Source of the DNA: Candidatus Dormiibacterota bacterium
GTDB taxonomy: Bacteria > Chloroflexota > Dormibacteria > Aeolococcales > Aeolococcaceae
Direction of reading: 5' to 3'
Length of the DNA stretch: 64,000 nucleotides
NCBI GenBank assembly: GCA_963743835.1
Contig: CAVUQX010000004.1
Location: forward strand, 706,560 to 770,559
Part shown: positions 44,157-53,654 of the stretch, one piece after another
Layout of the letters: every line of letters starts with the position of its first letter
Position numbering within the stretch: position 1 is the first letter of the stretch
Position numbers and translations under genes: made by a program
The notes under the pieces: generated by a model
The model's database searches: none
What the model was told of the DNA's origin: nothing
What the model saw: the letters and a program-made list of their open reading frames with translations, nothing else

Positions 44157-45209
44157 CTAGTGGCTCGACCACGCGGCGGCCGACGTCGCATCCAGGTCGA
44201 CCCGGGAATCGGTGACCCGGCGTGGCGCGCCGGGATGCGCACCAGTCGCGCCGGCGATGTACCAGAGCCCGAAGGTTCCATCCGGGTCCGACGCATTCAT
44301 ATAGAGCAGGCCGTCGCTGCTCGACGACCACGATGGCGAGTTGCAGAGACAGTTCGCGACAACCACACGCAGTGGGCCGAGTGCGTTGCCGGCAAGGGTT
44401 GCAACCTCGAGGCTCGCCGTCGGGCCCGAGTTGGTGCACACCATCGCCACGGTCACACCGTCCGCCGCGACTGCGGGCGCGCCGCAATCCTGGTGCGGCG
44501 TGGTGAGCGACCGCATCGAGCTGTTCGGCGTGGTCTGCAGGCCGAGCACCGTCACCACGGTTCCCTTGCCGGTGTTCGCAAAGCTCGAATAGAGGACGCT
44601 GCCGTCCGGCAGCGGCACCGGCTGGATGTCACCACCCGTGTAGAGGTCGGGCACGGACCAGCGGGTTGCGCCACTAACGCCCGCCTCGCCGACGCTGAAC
44701 GCCGCGCCCAGCGGCGCCGACCACAACGAGAAATCCACCTCGTAGCCCTGCCCGGGTGCAGGCTTCGGCGAATCCGTCGCGAAGTACACGCTGGTCCCAT
44801 CAGGGCCAATCGCCGGCCAGAGGATCCAGTGGTCCAGCTGCAGCGTTCCGTTGCTCGTCGCCTGGTTGGCCGAGGTCATCTGGCTGATGACGTGACCCGA
44901 AGCGCTCACGTGATAGAGGTCGGAGTACACGTCGAACCTGCGGATCACGAGCAGCGAGCCGTCCGGCAGGACCCGCGGCTGGGTCCAGTCGCCGCCCTGC
45001 GGGAGCGCCAGACGGCGCACCGTCGAACCCGAGATCGCATAGATGGAGCCCTGCTGACTGACGTAGACAGTGCCCGGCAGGCGCACCTGCGGGCTCGTGG
45101 TGGTGATGAGTGACGCGGTGGTGGCGTGCGTCTGGAGCACCGCGAGCGTGCGGTTGGCAACCAGCCCGATGGCCAGCATGAGGCAGATGAGCGTCGCTGC
45201 CCGCCTCAT
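44157..45209 (-). CDS. Secreted TolB/PD40-like beta-propeller protein
   Basis: Signal/anchor MRRAATLICLMLAIGLVA. Repeated ..PDGS.., ..GPDGTSVYFA.., ..LPDGSVLYSS.., ..SSDGLLYMN.. blades follow. It starts 1 nt after the LCP stop. Confidence 0.5.
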   Translation of the reverse strand: MRRAATLICLMLAIGLVANRTLAVLQTHATTASLITTTSPQVRLPGTVYVSQQGSIYAISGSTVRRLALPQGGDWTQPRVLPDGSLLVIRRFDVYSDLYHVSASGHVISQMTSANQATSNGTLQLDHWILWPAIGPDGTSVYFATDSPKPAPGQGYEVDFSLWSAPLGAAFSVGEAGVSGATRWSVPDLYTGGDIQPVPLPDGSVLYSSFANTGKGTVVTVLGLQTTPNSSMRSLTTPHQDCGAPAVAADGVTVAMVCTNSGPTASLEVATLAGNALGPLRVVVANCLCNSPSWSSSSDGLLYMNASDPDGTFGLWYIAGATGAHPGAPRRVTDSRVDLDATSAAAWSSH

Positions 45210-45210
45210 C

Positions 45211-46248
45211 TCACGCCACCGCCGGGAAATACTTCGCGACCTCGGGCCGGATCAATGCCCAGTTGGGCATCAGCGCGTTCTGGCCGCCGACGTAGGCGGT
45301 GCTCGTGTACGGAGGCAGCAGGACGACCTGCGTGATCGAGCCGAGCGGCACCGATCCCGCGATCGGCAGCAGGCCGCTCACCTGGCCGATGCTCATGTCG
45401 GTCTGGAAGTTTGAGCCCAGCGAGGTCGCGATGCTCGGGATGTCCGCGATCGACATCTGCTTCGTCTTGGCACGCAGCGCGATCAGGATCTGCTGCTGCC
45501 GCTGCGAGCGCGCGAAGTCGCCGTAGGCGTCGTCGTGACGCGCGCGCACGTACTCGAGCGCGAGCGTCCCGCTCATGTGCTGCGCACCGGGAAGCACCAG
45601 GATCCGCTGGTAGTCGTAAGGGTTGCCGCCGGAGAGATCCGCCGGGTAGTAGTCGTCCATCACCGGGTTGTTGGCGATCACGTTGACCCCGCCGAGCTCA
45701 TTGAGGACCGACACGAGCCCCTGGAGCCCGATCCACGCGTAATAGTCGACGTGGACGCGGAGGTCGCGCTCCACGGTCTGAATCGCGCACTGGGCACCAC
45801 CGTGCAGGAACGCCTGGTCGATCTTGCCGCTGCCCCCCGTGCAGAGGCGGACCCAGAGGTCGCGCGGGATCGAGAGCATGGTCACGTGATGGGTCGCCGG
45901 GTCGACCCGGGTGAGGATCATCGACTGGGTCAAGAAGTCCCCGTTGAACTTGGAATCGCTGTCCGATCCCAGGAGCAGCAAGGTGAACGGCGACCTCGAG
46001 GAGAGGTTCTCGCTCGCCGAGACCGGCTTGAGCTGCGCGGTTCCACCAAGTGACGTGTTGACCTGGCCGGTGTCGCGAAGTGCCACCTGGATGGCGGGGA
46101 GGAAGTACAGGGCCACGCCGGCAACGATCGAGACGAGGAACCCCGCCGCGACGAACGATCCACTGGTGACCCGCTGACGGCCGGTCCTCAAGGACGCGCG
46201 TCGGCGCCGGACGATGCGGCGGCCTGAAAGATCGTACGAACGAGGCAA
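45211..46248 (-). CDS. LCP (LytR-CpsA-Psr) family glycopolymer-peptidoglycan ligase
   Basis: N-terminal TM, then FTLLLLGSDSD...SMILTRVDP....VTMLSIPRDLWV....GKIDQAF is the LCP core signature. Confidence 0.8.
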   Translation of the reverse strand: MPRSYDLSGRRIVRRRRASLRTGRQRVTSGSFVAAGFLVSIVAGVALYFLPAIQVALRDTGQVNTSLGGTAQLKPVSASENLSSRSPFTLLLLGSDSDSKFNGDFLTQSMILTRVDPATHHVTMLSIPRDLWVRLCTGGSGKIDQAFLHGGAQCAIQTVERDLRVHVDYYAWIGLQGLVSVLNELGGVNVIANNPVMDDYYPADLSGGNPYDYQRILVLPGAQHMSGTLALEYVRARHDDAYGDFARSQRQQQILIALRAKTKQMSIADIPSIATSLGSNFQTDMSIGQVSGLLPIAGSVPLGSITQVVLLPPYTSTAYVGGQNALMPNWALIRPEVAKYFPAVA

Positions 46249-46382
46249 CCTCGAACCTCAGGTGAGACGTGGAGGAGGACGCGAGTTCAAGGACGGGCAG
46301 CGGCGGCGAGCGCTGCGGCCGTCAGATGGTACCCCGAGGTCGCGTGTCGCGACCATGAAGTGCATGTACGCTCTCCGCGGAC

Positions 46383-47015
46383 ATGAGCAAGGCGAGGCTG
46401 GAAGCCTTCAGCGACGGCGTCATCGCCGTGGCCATCACCCTCCTGGCGCTCGACCTCACGGTTCCCCAACCGCAACACGGCGAGCTGCTCACCCAGCTCG
46501 GCGACCACTGGCCGCAGTTCGCCGCCTACGTGGTGAGCTTCTTCACCATCGGGATCATCTGGGTGAACCACCACGCGCGGGTCAGCCTCATCGTCGTGGT
46601 CGACCGCACGCTGCTCTTTCTCAACCTCGTGCTGCTGCTGTTCGTTGTGCTCATCCCCTTCGCCACCGCGACCATGGCCACGTATCTCACCAGCGGCGGC
46701 GAGGAGTCGCACATCGCGATGGCGATCTATGCGGTGGTGCTCGAGGGCATGGCGCTGAGCTTCACCGCGATGTTCGAGTGGTCGCTCGGCGAGGGGCGCA
46801 CGCTGGTCGACGTGCCCCTCGATCAGCGCCGCAACGCGCGCGTCCGCGCGTCGATCGGGACGCTCGTCTACGCAGCCGTCTTCGCCGTCGCGTTCATAAG
46901 CGCCCCGCTGGCGCTGGGGCTCGCGGGGGTCACCGCGATCTATTACGTCTTCGCGCCGGTGCCCCATAACACGGTCGAAGCCGTGGTCGAGGAGCTCACG
47001 GCCGGCCCCTTGTGA
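46383..47015 (+). CDS. TMEM175/DUF1211-family membrane protein (putative K+ channel)
   Basis: N-terminal RLEAFSDGVIAVAITLLALDL is the family hallmark. Six TM helices. Confidence 0.75.
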   Translation: MSKARLEAFSDGVIAVAITLLALDLTVPQPQHGELLTQLGDHWPQFAAYVVSFFTIGIIWVNHHARVSLIVVVDRTLLFLNLVLLLFVVLIPFATATMATYLTSGGEESHIAMAIYAVVLEGMALSFTAMFEWSLGEGRTLVDVPLDQRRNARVRASIGTLVYAAVFAVAFISAPLALGLAGVTAIYYVFAPVPHNTVEAVVEELTAGPL

Positions 47016-47127
47016 GTGACACCCGCGCCATCATGGGTCTCAGCAATGTCACAGACATGGCTCAGGCCACACTGAGCTTCGGGCCTCATGCTGCGAAGTG
47101 TCACCAAACTGAAAACCTCGGAGCCTG

Positions 47128-48439
47128 ATGATGACCAGCGAGATGCAGGAATACCCCCCGTACAACCCACCCCCGCCCCCCGGCGAGCCGGCAGGCGCCT
47201 CATATGGTCATTGGTCCTCCGACCCCCAGTGGGGCCCTCCCAGCTGGCCGCAGACCCCACAGGCTAAGCGCGGACGGTCCGGCCTTCGTCGCACCGCGCT
47301 CGCGGCCTTCGCGATCGCATGTGTCGGTGCCGGCGGCGGCACCGCCTGGGCGCTGACCACCGCGTCGATCACCTCCCACACGCCGAGCGGGTCGTCCCCT
47401 TCGGGAGGCTCGACCGGCACGGGCAACACCCCGGGCACGAAGTCAAGTTCCTCCCGCAGGTGGTGCGCTCTCCGCAGCCACCATCGCGAGAATCGACGCG
47501 TCGGTGGTGGACATCAATGCCGATGTCGCGGGCGGTAGCGGCCAGGTCGCCGGCACCGGCATGATCATCAGCTCGAACGGCCTTGTGCTGACCAACAATC
47601 ACGTCATCGATCACACCGTGAACATCACGGCACAGATCGACGGCACCGGCACCACGTACAAGGTGAAGGTCATCGGCTACGACGCCAAGGATGACGTCGG
47701 CCTCGTTCAGCTCGAGAATGCGTCCAACCTTCCGACCATCCCCCTCGGCGATTCGTCGAAGCTCTCGGTCGGCGACGCGATCACCGTGCTCGGCAATGCG
47801 CTTGGCAAGGGCGGCACACCGGCGGATGTCAGTGGCACGATCGCTGGACTTGGCGCCCAGATCACGGCGAGCGACGACAATGGCAACAGCGAGACCCTGA
47901 CCGGCATGCTCCAGGTCAGCGCCGCGATTCAACCCGGTGACTCGGGTGGTCCGGAGGTCAACTCGGCCGGTCAGGTCATCGGCATGACCACCGCGGGTCA
48001 GACCTCGGGGAATCCCGGTCAGGAGGCCGCGTCGACCACAGGGTTCGCGATCCCGGTCAACAAGGCGATGACGATCATCTCCGAGATCCGCGCCGGCAGC
48101 GGTACGAACATCCACATCGGGAACGCGGCCCTGCTCGGGGTGGCGATCGCAACCACCCAACCAGGGCTCCAAGGGATCGCTCCCGACTGCACGGCCTCCC
48201 TCGCCACGGCAGGCGCCTGGGTCAGCGCCGTCAACCAGAACCCTGCCCGCAGCGCCGGTGTGGCAGTCTGCAGCCGTATCACCAGCATCGGAGGGACCGC
48301 GATTTCGACCCAGAACGACCTGTCCAACGCGATGGAGGGATTCCAGGCTGGGCAGACCGTGACCCTCACCTGGATGGACGCGTCGGGCGCGAGCCACAGC
48401 GCCAACGTCACACTCGGCCAGGCCAGCTTCCCCGACTGA
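47128..48439 (+). CDS. HtrA-like trypsin-fold serine protease with PDZ domain (frameshifted)
   Basis: ORF 47128..47538 supplies a Pro-rich N-terminus plus TM anchor (ALAAFAIACVGAGGG). ORF 47504..48439 supplies the protease (..TNNHVI.., ..DDVGLV.., ..GDSGGP..) and the PDZ domain. The protease frame reads ..PPAGGALSAATIARIDASVVDINA upstream of 47504, so a 1-nt indel lies at about 47440-47450. Confidence 0.75.
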
Positions 48440-48450
48440 CACCGGGGGAT

Positions 48451-48481
48451 CCTCCGCCGCCGGACGCGACTCCGGCGGAGG
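48451..48481 (+). terminator. Terminator-like GC hairpin after the protease gene
   Basis: CCTCCGCCG (48451-48459) pairs with CGGCGGAGG (48473-48481) across a 13-nt loop, 12 nt after the stop. There is no U-tract. Confidence 0.3.
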
Positions 48482-48552
48482 CTGACTAGTCCCGTTGGCG
48501 AGCTGATGATGGACGCGGCCAAGCAGGGGTCGCGCCGTACCTCAGCTGGCTC

Positions 48553-48990
48553 GTCCTGCGTCGCGGAGCAGGAGGGGTCAGCCACGCCGCTGCTCAGCTT
48601 GGCAGCGCCCTCCCTCGCGCAAGCAGATTGTCGCACTCACTCGGGCGCCGCCAAATTCGCTGCGTCGCGGCTGACCCCTCCCGCTCCGAGCCCGCGCTCA
48701 GCTTAGGCGACGCCGCTTCTCGCTCGGTAGCGTCCAGCCTGGGTTTCGCTGACCTCGGACGCTGCCAGATTGCCGCTGTGCGCATGCACCGGCCGAAGGC
48801 TCCCCGACGAGCGCCTCAAGAGGATGGCGACCTCCTGAGCTGACCACGACCTCGGAGCGGGAGGAGGGAGCCGCGACGCAGCGAATTTGTGAGCGCCGGA
48901 GAGAGCGCGACAATCTGCTTGCGCGAACGGAGGCGCTGACAAGCTGAGCAGGGGCGCGGCTCCCTCCTCCCGCTCCGCGACGCAGAGCGC
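48553..48990. repeat. Nested inverted-repeat element (two ~140-bp arms around a 160-bp core)
   Basis: Arm L 48553-48690 and arm R 48851-48990 are inverted copies that are mostly identical by eye, for example gcaagcagattgtcgc and caaattcgctgcgtcgcggct in both. Each arm has its own internal 19-nt inverted repeat (48565-48583 vs 48669-48687). It is flanked by the direct repeat CCGGCGGAGGCTGA(C/A)TAGTCC at 48472-48492 and 49023-49043. Confidence 0.8.
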
Positions 48991-49197
48991 GTTCTCTGAA
49001 GCCGGAGAGGCCCCGGCGGAGGCTGAATAGTCCGGTTTGAAGCCGGAGCCGGGGTCTCCTCCGGCGCTATCCCATCGCCCGTAACATCAGCGATTCCGCG
49101 GCGTGATGACGCGTTTGAAGCGTCGAGGCTATAACTCAGGAAGCCCCTGAGGGGGCCCGCCTCGAGCCGGCGCCAGGCTCGCGCGGGAGATCGTGAT

Positions 49198-51888
49198 GTG
49201 TCACGACGTTTGGTGACCGCCAAGCAGCGTGCGGGTGATGCCAGGGCCGCCCCGGAGAACCGGCCCACGGCGAGCTCTGGCAGCGTCGCGCCCATCTGGA
49301 TCCTCAACATCGGCATGGCCCTCGCGGCTGCAGCGGTCTATGTGGCGTTCATCGCGCCGCTGCGGCGGCCGAGCGGCGTGGCGGTCCTCTCGATCGCCTT
49401 GCTAGTGGCCGCATTCGCGGTCGGCGAGTGGTGGCGCGTGTTCATCCACTTCCGCCAGGAGGCTCAGTCATACTCGCTGAGCGAGATCCCGCTGGTGATC
49501 GGTGTTTTTGCGCTCGCGGGAGACCCAGGAGAGCTGGTGCTTGCTCGCGTTGTCGGCGCAGCAATCGGGCTCGGCCTGCTCCGCCGGCAGGAACCGAAGC
49601 GGCTCGTGTTCAACCTCGCCAGCTTCGCCATCGAGACCGAGACGCTGTCGCTCCTCGTCAACCACATCTCCGGCACCAACGCGGCCAGCTGGGTGGTGTG
49701 GCTTTGGGTGCTGCTGTTCATGTCGATCGCATCGCTGCTGGGGTTCGGACTCACGGTGATCGCGATCTCCCTGGCGGAGGGCCGGCAGCCACACCGGCAA
49801 TGGCTTCAGCCGATCGTCATCGTGCTCATCGGCGGATTCGCGAACTGCAGCCTCGAACTCGTGATCGTCGCGCTCGGCAGGAGCAACCCGGCGATACTGT
49901 TCCTCCTGCTGACACCGCTCGCCGCAATCGTCGCCGCGTACGTGCTCTACACGCGCGAATACCAGAAGAACCAGCGGCTCAAGAACCTGTACACGTCGAG
50001 CGGCATGCTGCAACGCGCGAGCTCCGGAGGCGCCGCGATTCCAGAGCTGCTCGACCACTACTGCACTGTCTTCCGAGTCGACACCGCGATGGTGTCACTG
50101 CTGCCGGTCGCGACCGGCACCGGCTCGTCGCGCACCATCAGCACCAGGCGCGGCGTGCGCGACGCGGTTGACATGGTGCTGAGCGCCGAGCAGCTCGAGC
50201 GACTCCTTCCGCTGCTCGACGAGGCCACGTCGTCGTATGTCGATGCCGGGTTCGAGGTCGTCCAGCGAGGCGTGATCATCACGCCGTCGACGTCGAATCC
50301 CGACCTGCGCAGATGGCTGAGTGAGCAAGGCTTTCGCGACGCCATGGCGACGCTCCTTCAGGGCGAGGGCACCCTGCTCGGGACCCTGATCGTCGCCAAC
50401 CGGCTGAGCGACCTGGGCAGCTTCAACAGCGACGACCTCCGTGACTTCGACGCCTATGCCGCGCAGATCACCGTTGCCGTGCAGAACACCAGCCTCGGCG
50501 ATCGTCTCCACCGGCAGGCGTTCTACGACACGCTCACCGGTCTCTCCAATCGCGCCTTGTTCATGGACCGTCTCGAGCACGCGCTCACGCGCCGCGAGCG
50601 GAACGGTGAGTCACTGGCGGTGCTGTTCCTTGACCTCGACAACTTCAAGGAGATCAACGACAGCCTCGGACACATGGCCGGCGACGAGTTGCTCGCTCGC
50701 GTGGCCGACAGCCTGAAGACCGTGTTGCGCGCATCGGACACGCCCGCACGTTTCGGCGGCGACGAGTTCGCGATCCTCGTCGAGGAAACCGCCGATCGCG
50801 AGGACACGCTCCGTGTCGTCGATCGCGTCGAGTTGGTGTTCAAGTCTCGTTTCAAGGTTGGCGGGCGCGAGGTCACGATCAGCGCGTCGATCGGGGTCGC
50901 GGTCACGGCGTCGCGGGACATCTCAGCCGAGGAGCTGGTGGGACGCGCCGACGTGGCCATGTACCGGGCAAAGCTCAAAGGCAAGGACACGTCGGAGATC
51001 TTCGAACCCGGGATGCAGGATGTGGTGTCCCGCCGGCTCGAGGTGCGCACCGACCTCGAGCGCGCCGTCGACGACCGCGAGTTGGTAGTCCTCTATCAAC
51101 CGATCGTCGACATGGCGTCCAGCACGCCGGTGGGTGTCGAAGCGCTGGTGCGCTGGAAGCATCCCCGCTGGGGCATGGTCGGGCCGGCTGAATTCATCGG
51201 CATCGCCGAGGAGACGGGCATCATCCGCGAGCTCGGCCTCCACGTCCTCGAAGTGGCGTGCAGGCAATGGCAGGCCTGGCATGTCGGCCTCGACGATGAG
51301 CCGACGGTGACGATGAGCGTCAACGTCTCGCCCCGCCAGCTGCGACACCCGGACTTTGTCAAGGATGTGAGCCGCATCCTCGTCAAGACCGGGCTGCTGC
51401 CCTCGCATCTCACCCTCGAGATCACCGAGAGCTTTATGGTCGACGACCCGGCGAGCGCCCGCGCGCGGCTGCACGAGCTCAAGACGCTCGGGGTTCGCAT
51501 CTCGATGGACGACTTCGGCACCGGCTACTCCTCGCTTGCCTCGCTCCAGGACCTGCCCCTGGACATCTTGAAGATCGACAAGCTGTTCGTCGATCACGTC
51601 GCCGAGGATCCGCGCCGGACGGCATTCGCTCAGGCGATCATCCGGATGGGCAAGACGCTCGGGCTCGGACTTGTCGCCGAGGGCGTCGAGAACGCCGACC
51701 AGGCCGAGCGCCTTCAGAGCCTCGGCTGCCGCTTCGCCCAGGGCTTCTACTTCTCGCGACCGGTGCACGCGGATGAGATCCAGAAGATGCTGCTGGCATC
51801 GCACGCCATCCGGGTGAACGGGGGGCGCTGGGTCCAGCCAGACCCCGCCGGTCAGCGTGCGCGGCTGCGCGTGCTCGAGAGCGCTTAG
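49198..51888 (+). CDS. Membrane-anchored GAF-like sensor with GGDEF diguanylate cyclase and EAL phosphodiesterase domains
   Basis: About 8 N-terminal TM helices. GGDEF domain: ..DTLTGLSNR..LDLDNFKEINDSLGH..RFGGDEFAILV. EAL domain: ..LYQPIVD..VEALVRW..DDFGTGYSSL..KIDKLFV. Both active-site motifs are intact. The start is uncertain (GTG 49198 or ATG 49315). Confidence 0.85.
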   Translation: MSRRLVTAKQRAGDARAAPENRPTASSGSVAPIWILNIGMALAAAAVYVAFIAPLRRPSGVAVLSIALLVAAFAVGEWWRVFIHFRQEAQSYSLSEIPLVIGVFALAGDPGELVLARVVGAAIGLGLLRRQEPKRLVFNLASFAIETETLSLLVNHISGTNAASWVVWLWVLLFMSIASLLGFGLTVIAISLAEGRQPHRQWLQPIVIVLIGGFANCSLELVIVALGRSNPAILFLLLTPLAAIVAAYVLYTREYQKNQRLKNLYTSSGMLQRASSGGAAIPELLDHYCTVFRVDTAMVSLLPVATGTGSSRTISTRRGVRDAVDMVLSAEQLERLLPLLDEATSSYVDAGFEVVQRGVIITPSTSNPDLRRWLSEQGFRDAMATLLQGEGTLLGTLIVANRLSDLGSFNSDDLRDFDAYAAQITVAVQNTSLGDRLHRQAFYDTLTGLSNRALFMDRLEHALTRRERNGESLAVLFLDLDNFKEINDSLGHMAGDELLARVADSLKTVLRASDTPARFGGDEFAILVEETADREDTLRVVDRVELVFKSRFKVGGREVTISASIGVAVTASRDISAEELVGRADVAMYRAKLKGKDTSEIFEPGMQDVVSRRLEVRTDLERAVDDRELVVLYQPIVDMASSTPVGVEALVRWKHPRWGMVGPAEFIGIAEETGIIRELGLHVLEVACRQWQAWHVGLDDEPTVTMSVNVSPRQLRHPDFVKDVSRILVKTGLLPSHLTLEITESFMVDDPASARARLHELKTLGVRISMDDFGTGYSSLASLQDLPLDILKIDKLFVDHVAEDPRRTAFAQAIIRMGKTLGLGLVAEGVENADQAERLQSLGCRFAQGFYFSRPVHADEIQKMLLASHAIRVNGGRWVQPDPAGQRARLRVLESA

Positions 51889-52121
51889 CTCAGAGCCAGG
51901 GGGCTCACGGGGGGATTCCCCGTGGCTGGGGAGCTTAGGTCCGAAACAGGGGGCTCACGGGGGATTCCCCGTGGCTCGGGAGCTTAGGTCCGAAACAGGG
52001 GGCTCACGGGGGATTCCCCGTGGCTCGGGAGCTTAGGTCCGAAACAGGGGGCTCACGGGGGATTCCCCGTGGCTCGGGAGCTTAGGTCCGAAACAGGGGG
52101 CTCACGGGGGATTCCCCCGTG
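51883..52121. repeat. Tandem 49-bp repeat, about 4.5 copies, each with a 7-bp-stem hairpin
   Basis: The unit is gcttaggtccgaaacagggggctcacgggggattccccgtggctcggga, with identical copies at 51933, 51982 and 52031. There is a diverged copy at 51883 that contains the GGDEF-EAL stop codon, and a truncated copy at 52080. The hairpin is CACGGGG-GATT-CCCCGTG. Confidence 0.9.
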
Positions 52122-52123
52122 TG

Positions 52124-53087
52124 TCAGAAGATCGCGTCGATGCGGGCGAGGAGGTCCGGGGTGAGCTTGGCGAGCACGTCGAGCGCGCCGAGATTCTCCC
52201 GGACCTGCTCCACACGAACTCGCACCGGTGATGACCGTCGAGACATGTGGGTTGGATGCGCACCATGCGATCGCGAGCTGCGCGGTGCTGGCCCCGAGCT
52301 CGCGTGCGATCACACCGAGCTCGCCAACGCGCCGGTTGGCGTCCGCGCTGGTCACGTTCTCCTTGAGCCATCCGTAGCCGGGGAGCGCGGCGCGGCTGTC
52401 GGACGGGACGCCCTCGCTGTACTTGCCGCTGAGGAGGCCCGAGGCGAGCGGGCTCCAGGTCGTCAGGCCGAGACCGATCCGGTCGTAGAGCGGCGCGAAC
52501 TCGCGCTCGACCTTGGCGCGCTCGAAGAGGTTGTACTGCGGCTGCTCCATCACCGGCCTGTGCAGGTGGTGGCGATCGGCGATCTCCCACGCTTGGAGGA
52601 TCGCCTCGGCGCTCCACTCGGACGTGCCCCAGTACAGGGCGCGACCCGAGCTGATGATGTCGTGCATCGCTCGCACCGTCTCCTCGATCGGCGTCTCGGG
52701 ATCGGGACGGTGGCAGAAGATGAGGTCGAGGAAGTCGAGACCGAGACGGCGCAACGACCCGTCCACGGCGTGGAGCAGGTACTTGCGATTGAGCGTGTTC
52801 CGCATGTTGACCGCGCCCTCGATCCCCCAAAAGAACTTGCTCGAGATGACGTAGCTCTCCCGCGGCCATCCGAGCTCCGCGATCGCCTCGCCCATGATGG
52901 TTTCCGATCGGCCCCCGGCGTAGACCTCGGCGTTGTCGAAGAAGTTGACGCCGGCGTCGTACGCGGCCGCGAGGCAGTCGCGAGCGCTGCTGCCGGCGAG
53001 CTGAGGGCCGAAACTGACCCACGATCCAAATGAAAGAACGCTGACCTGAAGCCCCGAGCGGCCGAGGTGCCGATACTGCATCTCCAT
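52124..53087 (-). CDS. Aldo-keto reductase (Kv-beta-like AKR family) (frameshifted near 3' end)
   Basis: [60 protein letters not shown].. Removing one base of AA at 52217-52218 restores the canonical end [35 protein letters not shown]. The 721-aa ORF-track entry is a chimera. Confidence 0.85.
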
Positions 53088-53138
53088 GACGCACGAGAAT
53101 AGAGCCCTGGGGCAAGGCCGCGGCGCGCGCAAGCGGCG

Positions 53139-53546
53139 ATGAGCCAGCTCGACACGCTCACCGGTTGGATCGCGGCGGCATTGTTCGGTGTGGCCATCGG
53201 GTCGTCGCTGGTGAACCGATGGAGGCTCTCCGGTGGACGAAGCTTCTCGATGGGATGGTTCCGCGCTCACAACTGGCTCGGCGCCGTAGCGGCGGCGGCG
53301 GGGGTCGCGCACTGCCTGTCGTCGGTCACCCGGACCACACTTCCCGCCGGCGAGGAGATTGGCATCTGGGCCGGGGCGGCAGCGGTCGGCCTGCTCGTCC
53401 TCACCGCGTTCGCCGGCAGCGGTCTCTCCGGCGCAAGGCGCGACGCCCGGCGACGGATCCGGCGCAACCACGTCGCCACCATGTTCGCGGTGCTCGCGGT
53501 AGGGGTCGTGCACACCGCGCTGAACGGCCCGCTCGCAGGCCGATGA
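53139..53546 (+). CDS. Small membrane protein of unknown function (about 4 TM helices)
   Basis: High third-position GC and four hydrophobic helices ([62 protein letters not shown]). I recognise no family. Confidence 0.5.
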   Translation: MSQLDTLTGWIAAALFGVAIGSSLVNRWRLSGGRSFSMGWFRAHNWLGAVAAAAGVAHCLSSVTRTTLPAGEEIGIWAGAAAVGLLVLTAFAGSGLSGARRDARRRIRRNHVATMFAVLAVGVVHTALNGPLAGR

Positions 53547-53654
53547 GCAGGGGCAAGGCGCGTGCCCGCGCCGGACGGGACTCTGGCAAGATTGACCTCC
53601 GCACCCGCGGGCTAGTGATATGGACCTGATGCGCGATCGTGGGAGGCACGCTCG

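Noticed and set aside
48553-48990. Could the inverted ~140-bp arms be a DGR template/variable repeat pair, a retron msr/msd, or IS terminal repeats?
   Set aside because: No reverse transcriptase or transposase ORF lies nearby. The arms are inverted rather than direct, and mismatches between arms are not adenine-specific. The 160-bp core is too short to encode a transposase.
51883-52121. Could the 49-bp periodic array be a CRISPR array?
   Set aside because: The whole 49-bp unit is repeated identically, so there are no unique spacers between repeats. There is no leader and no cas genes. It is a plain tandem repeat.
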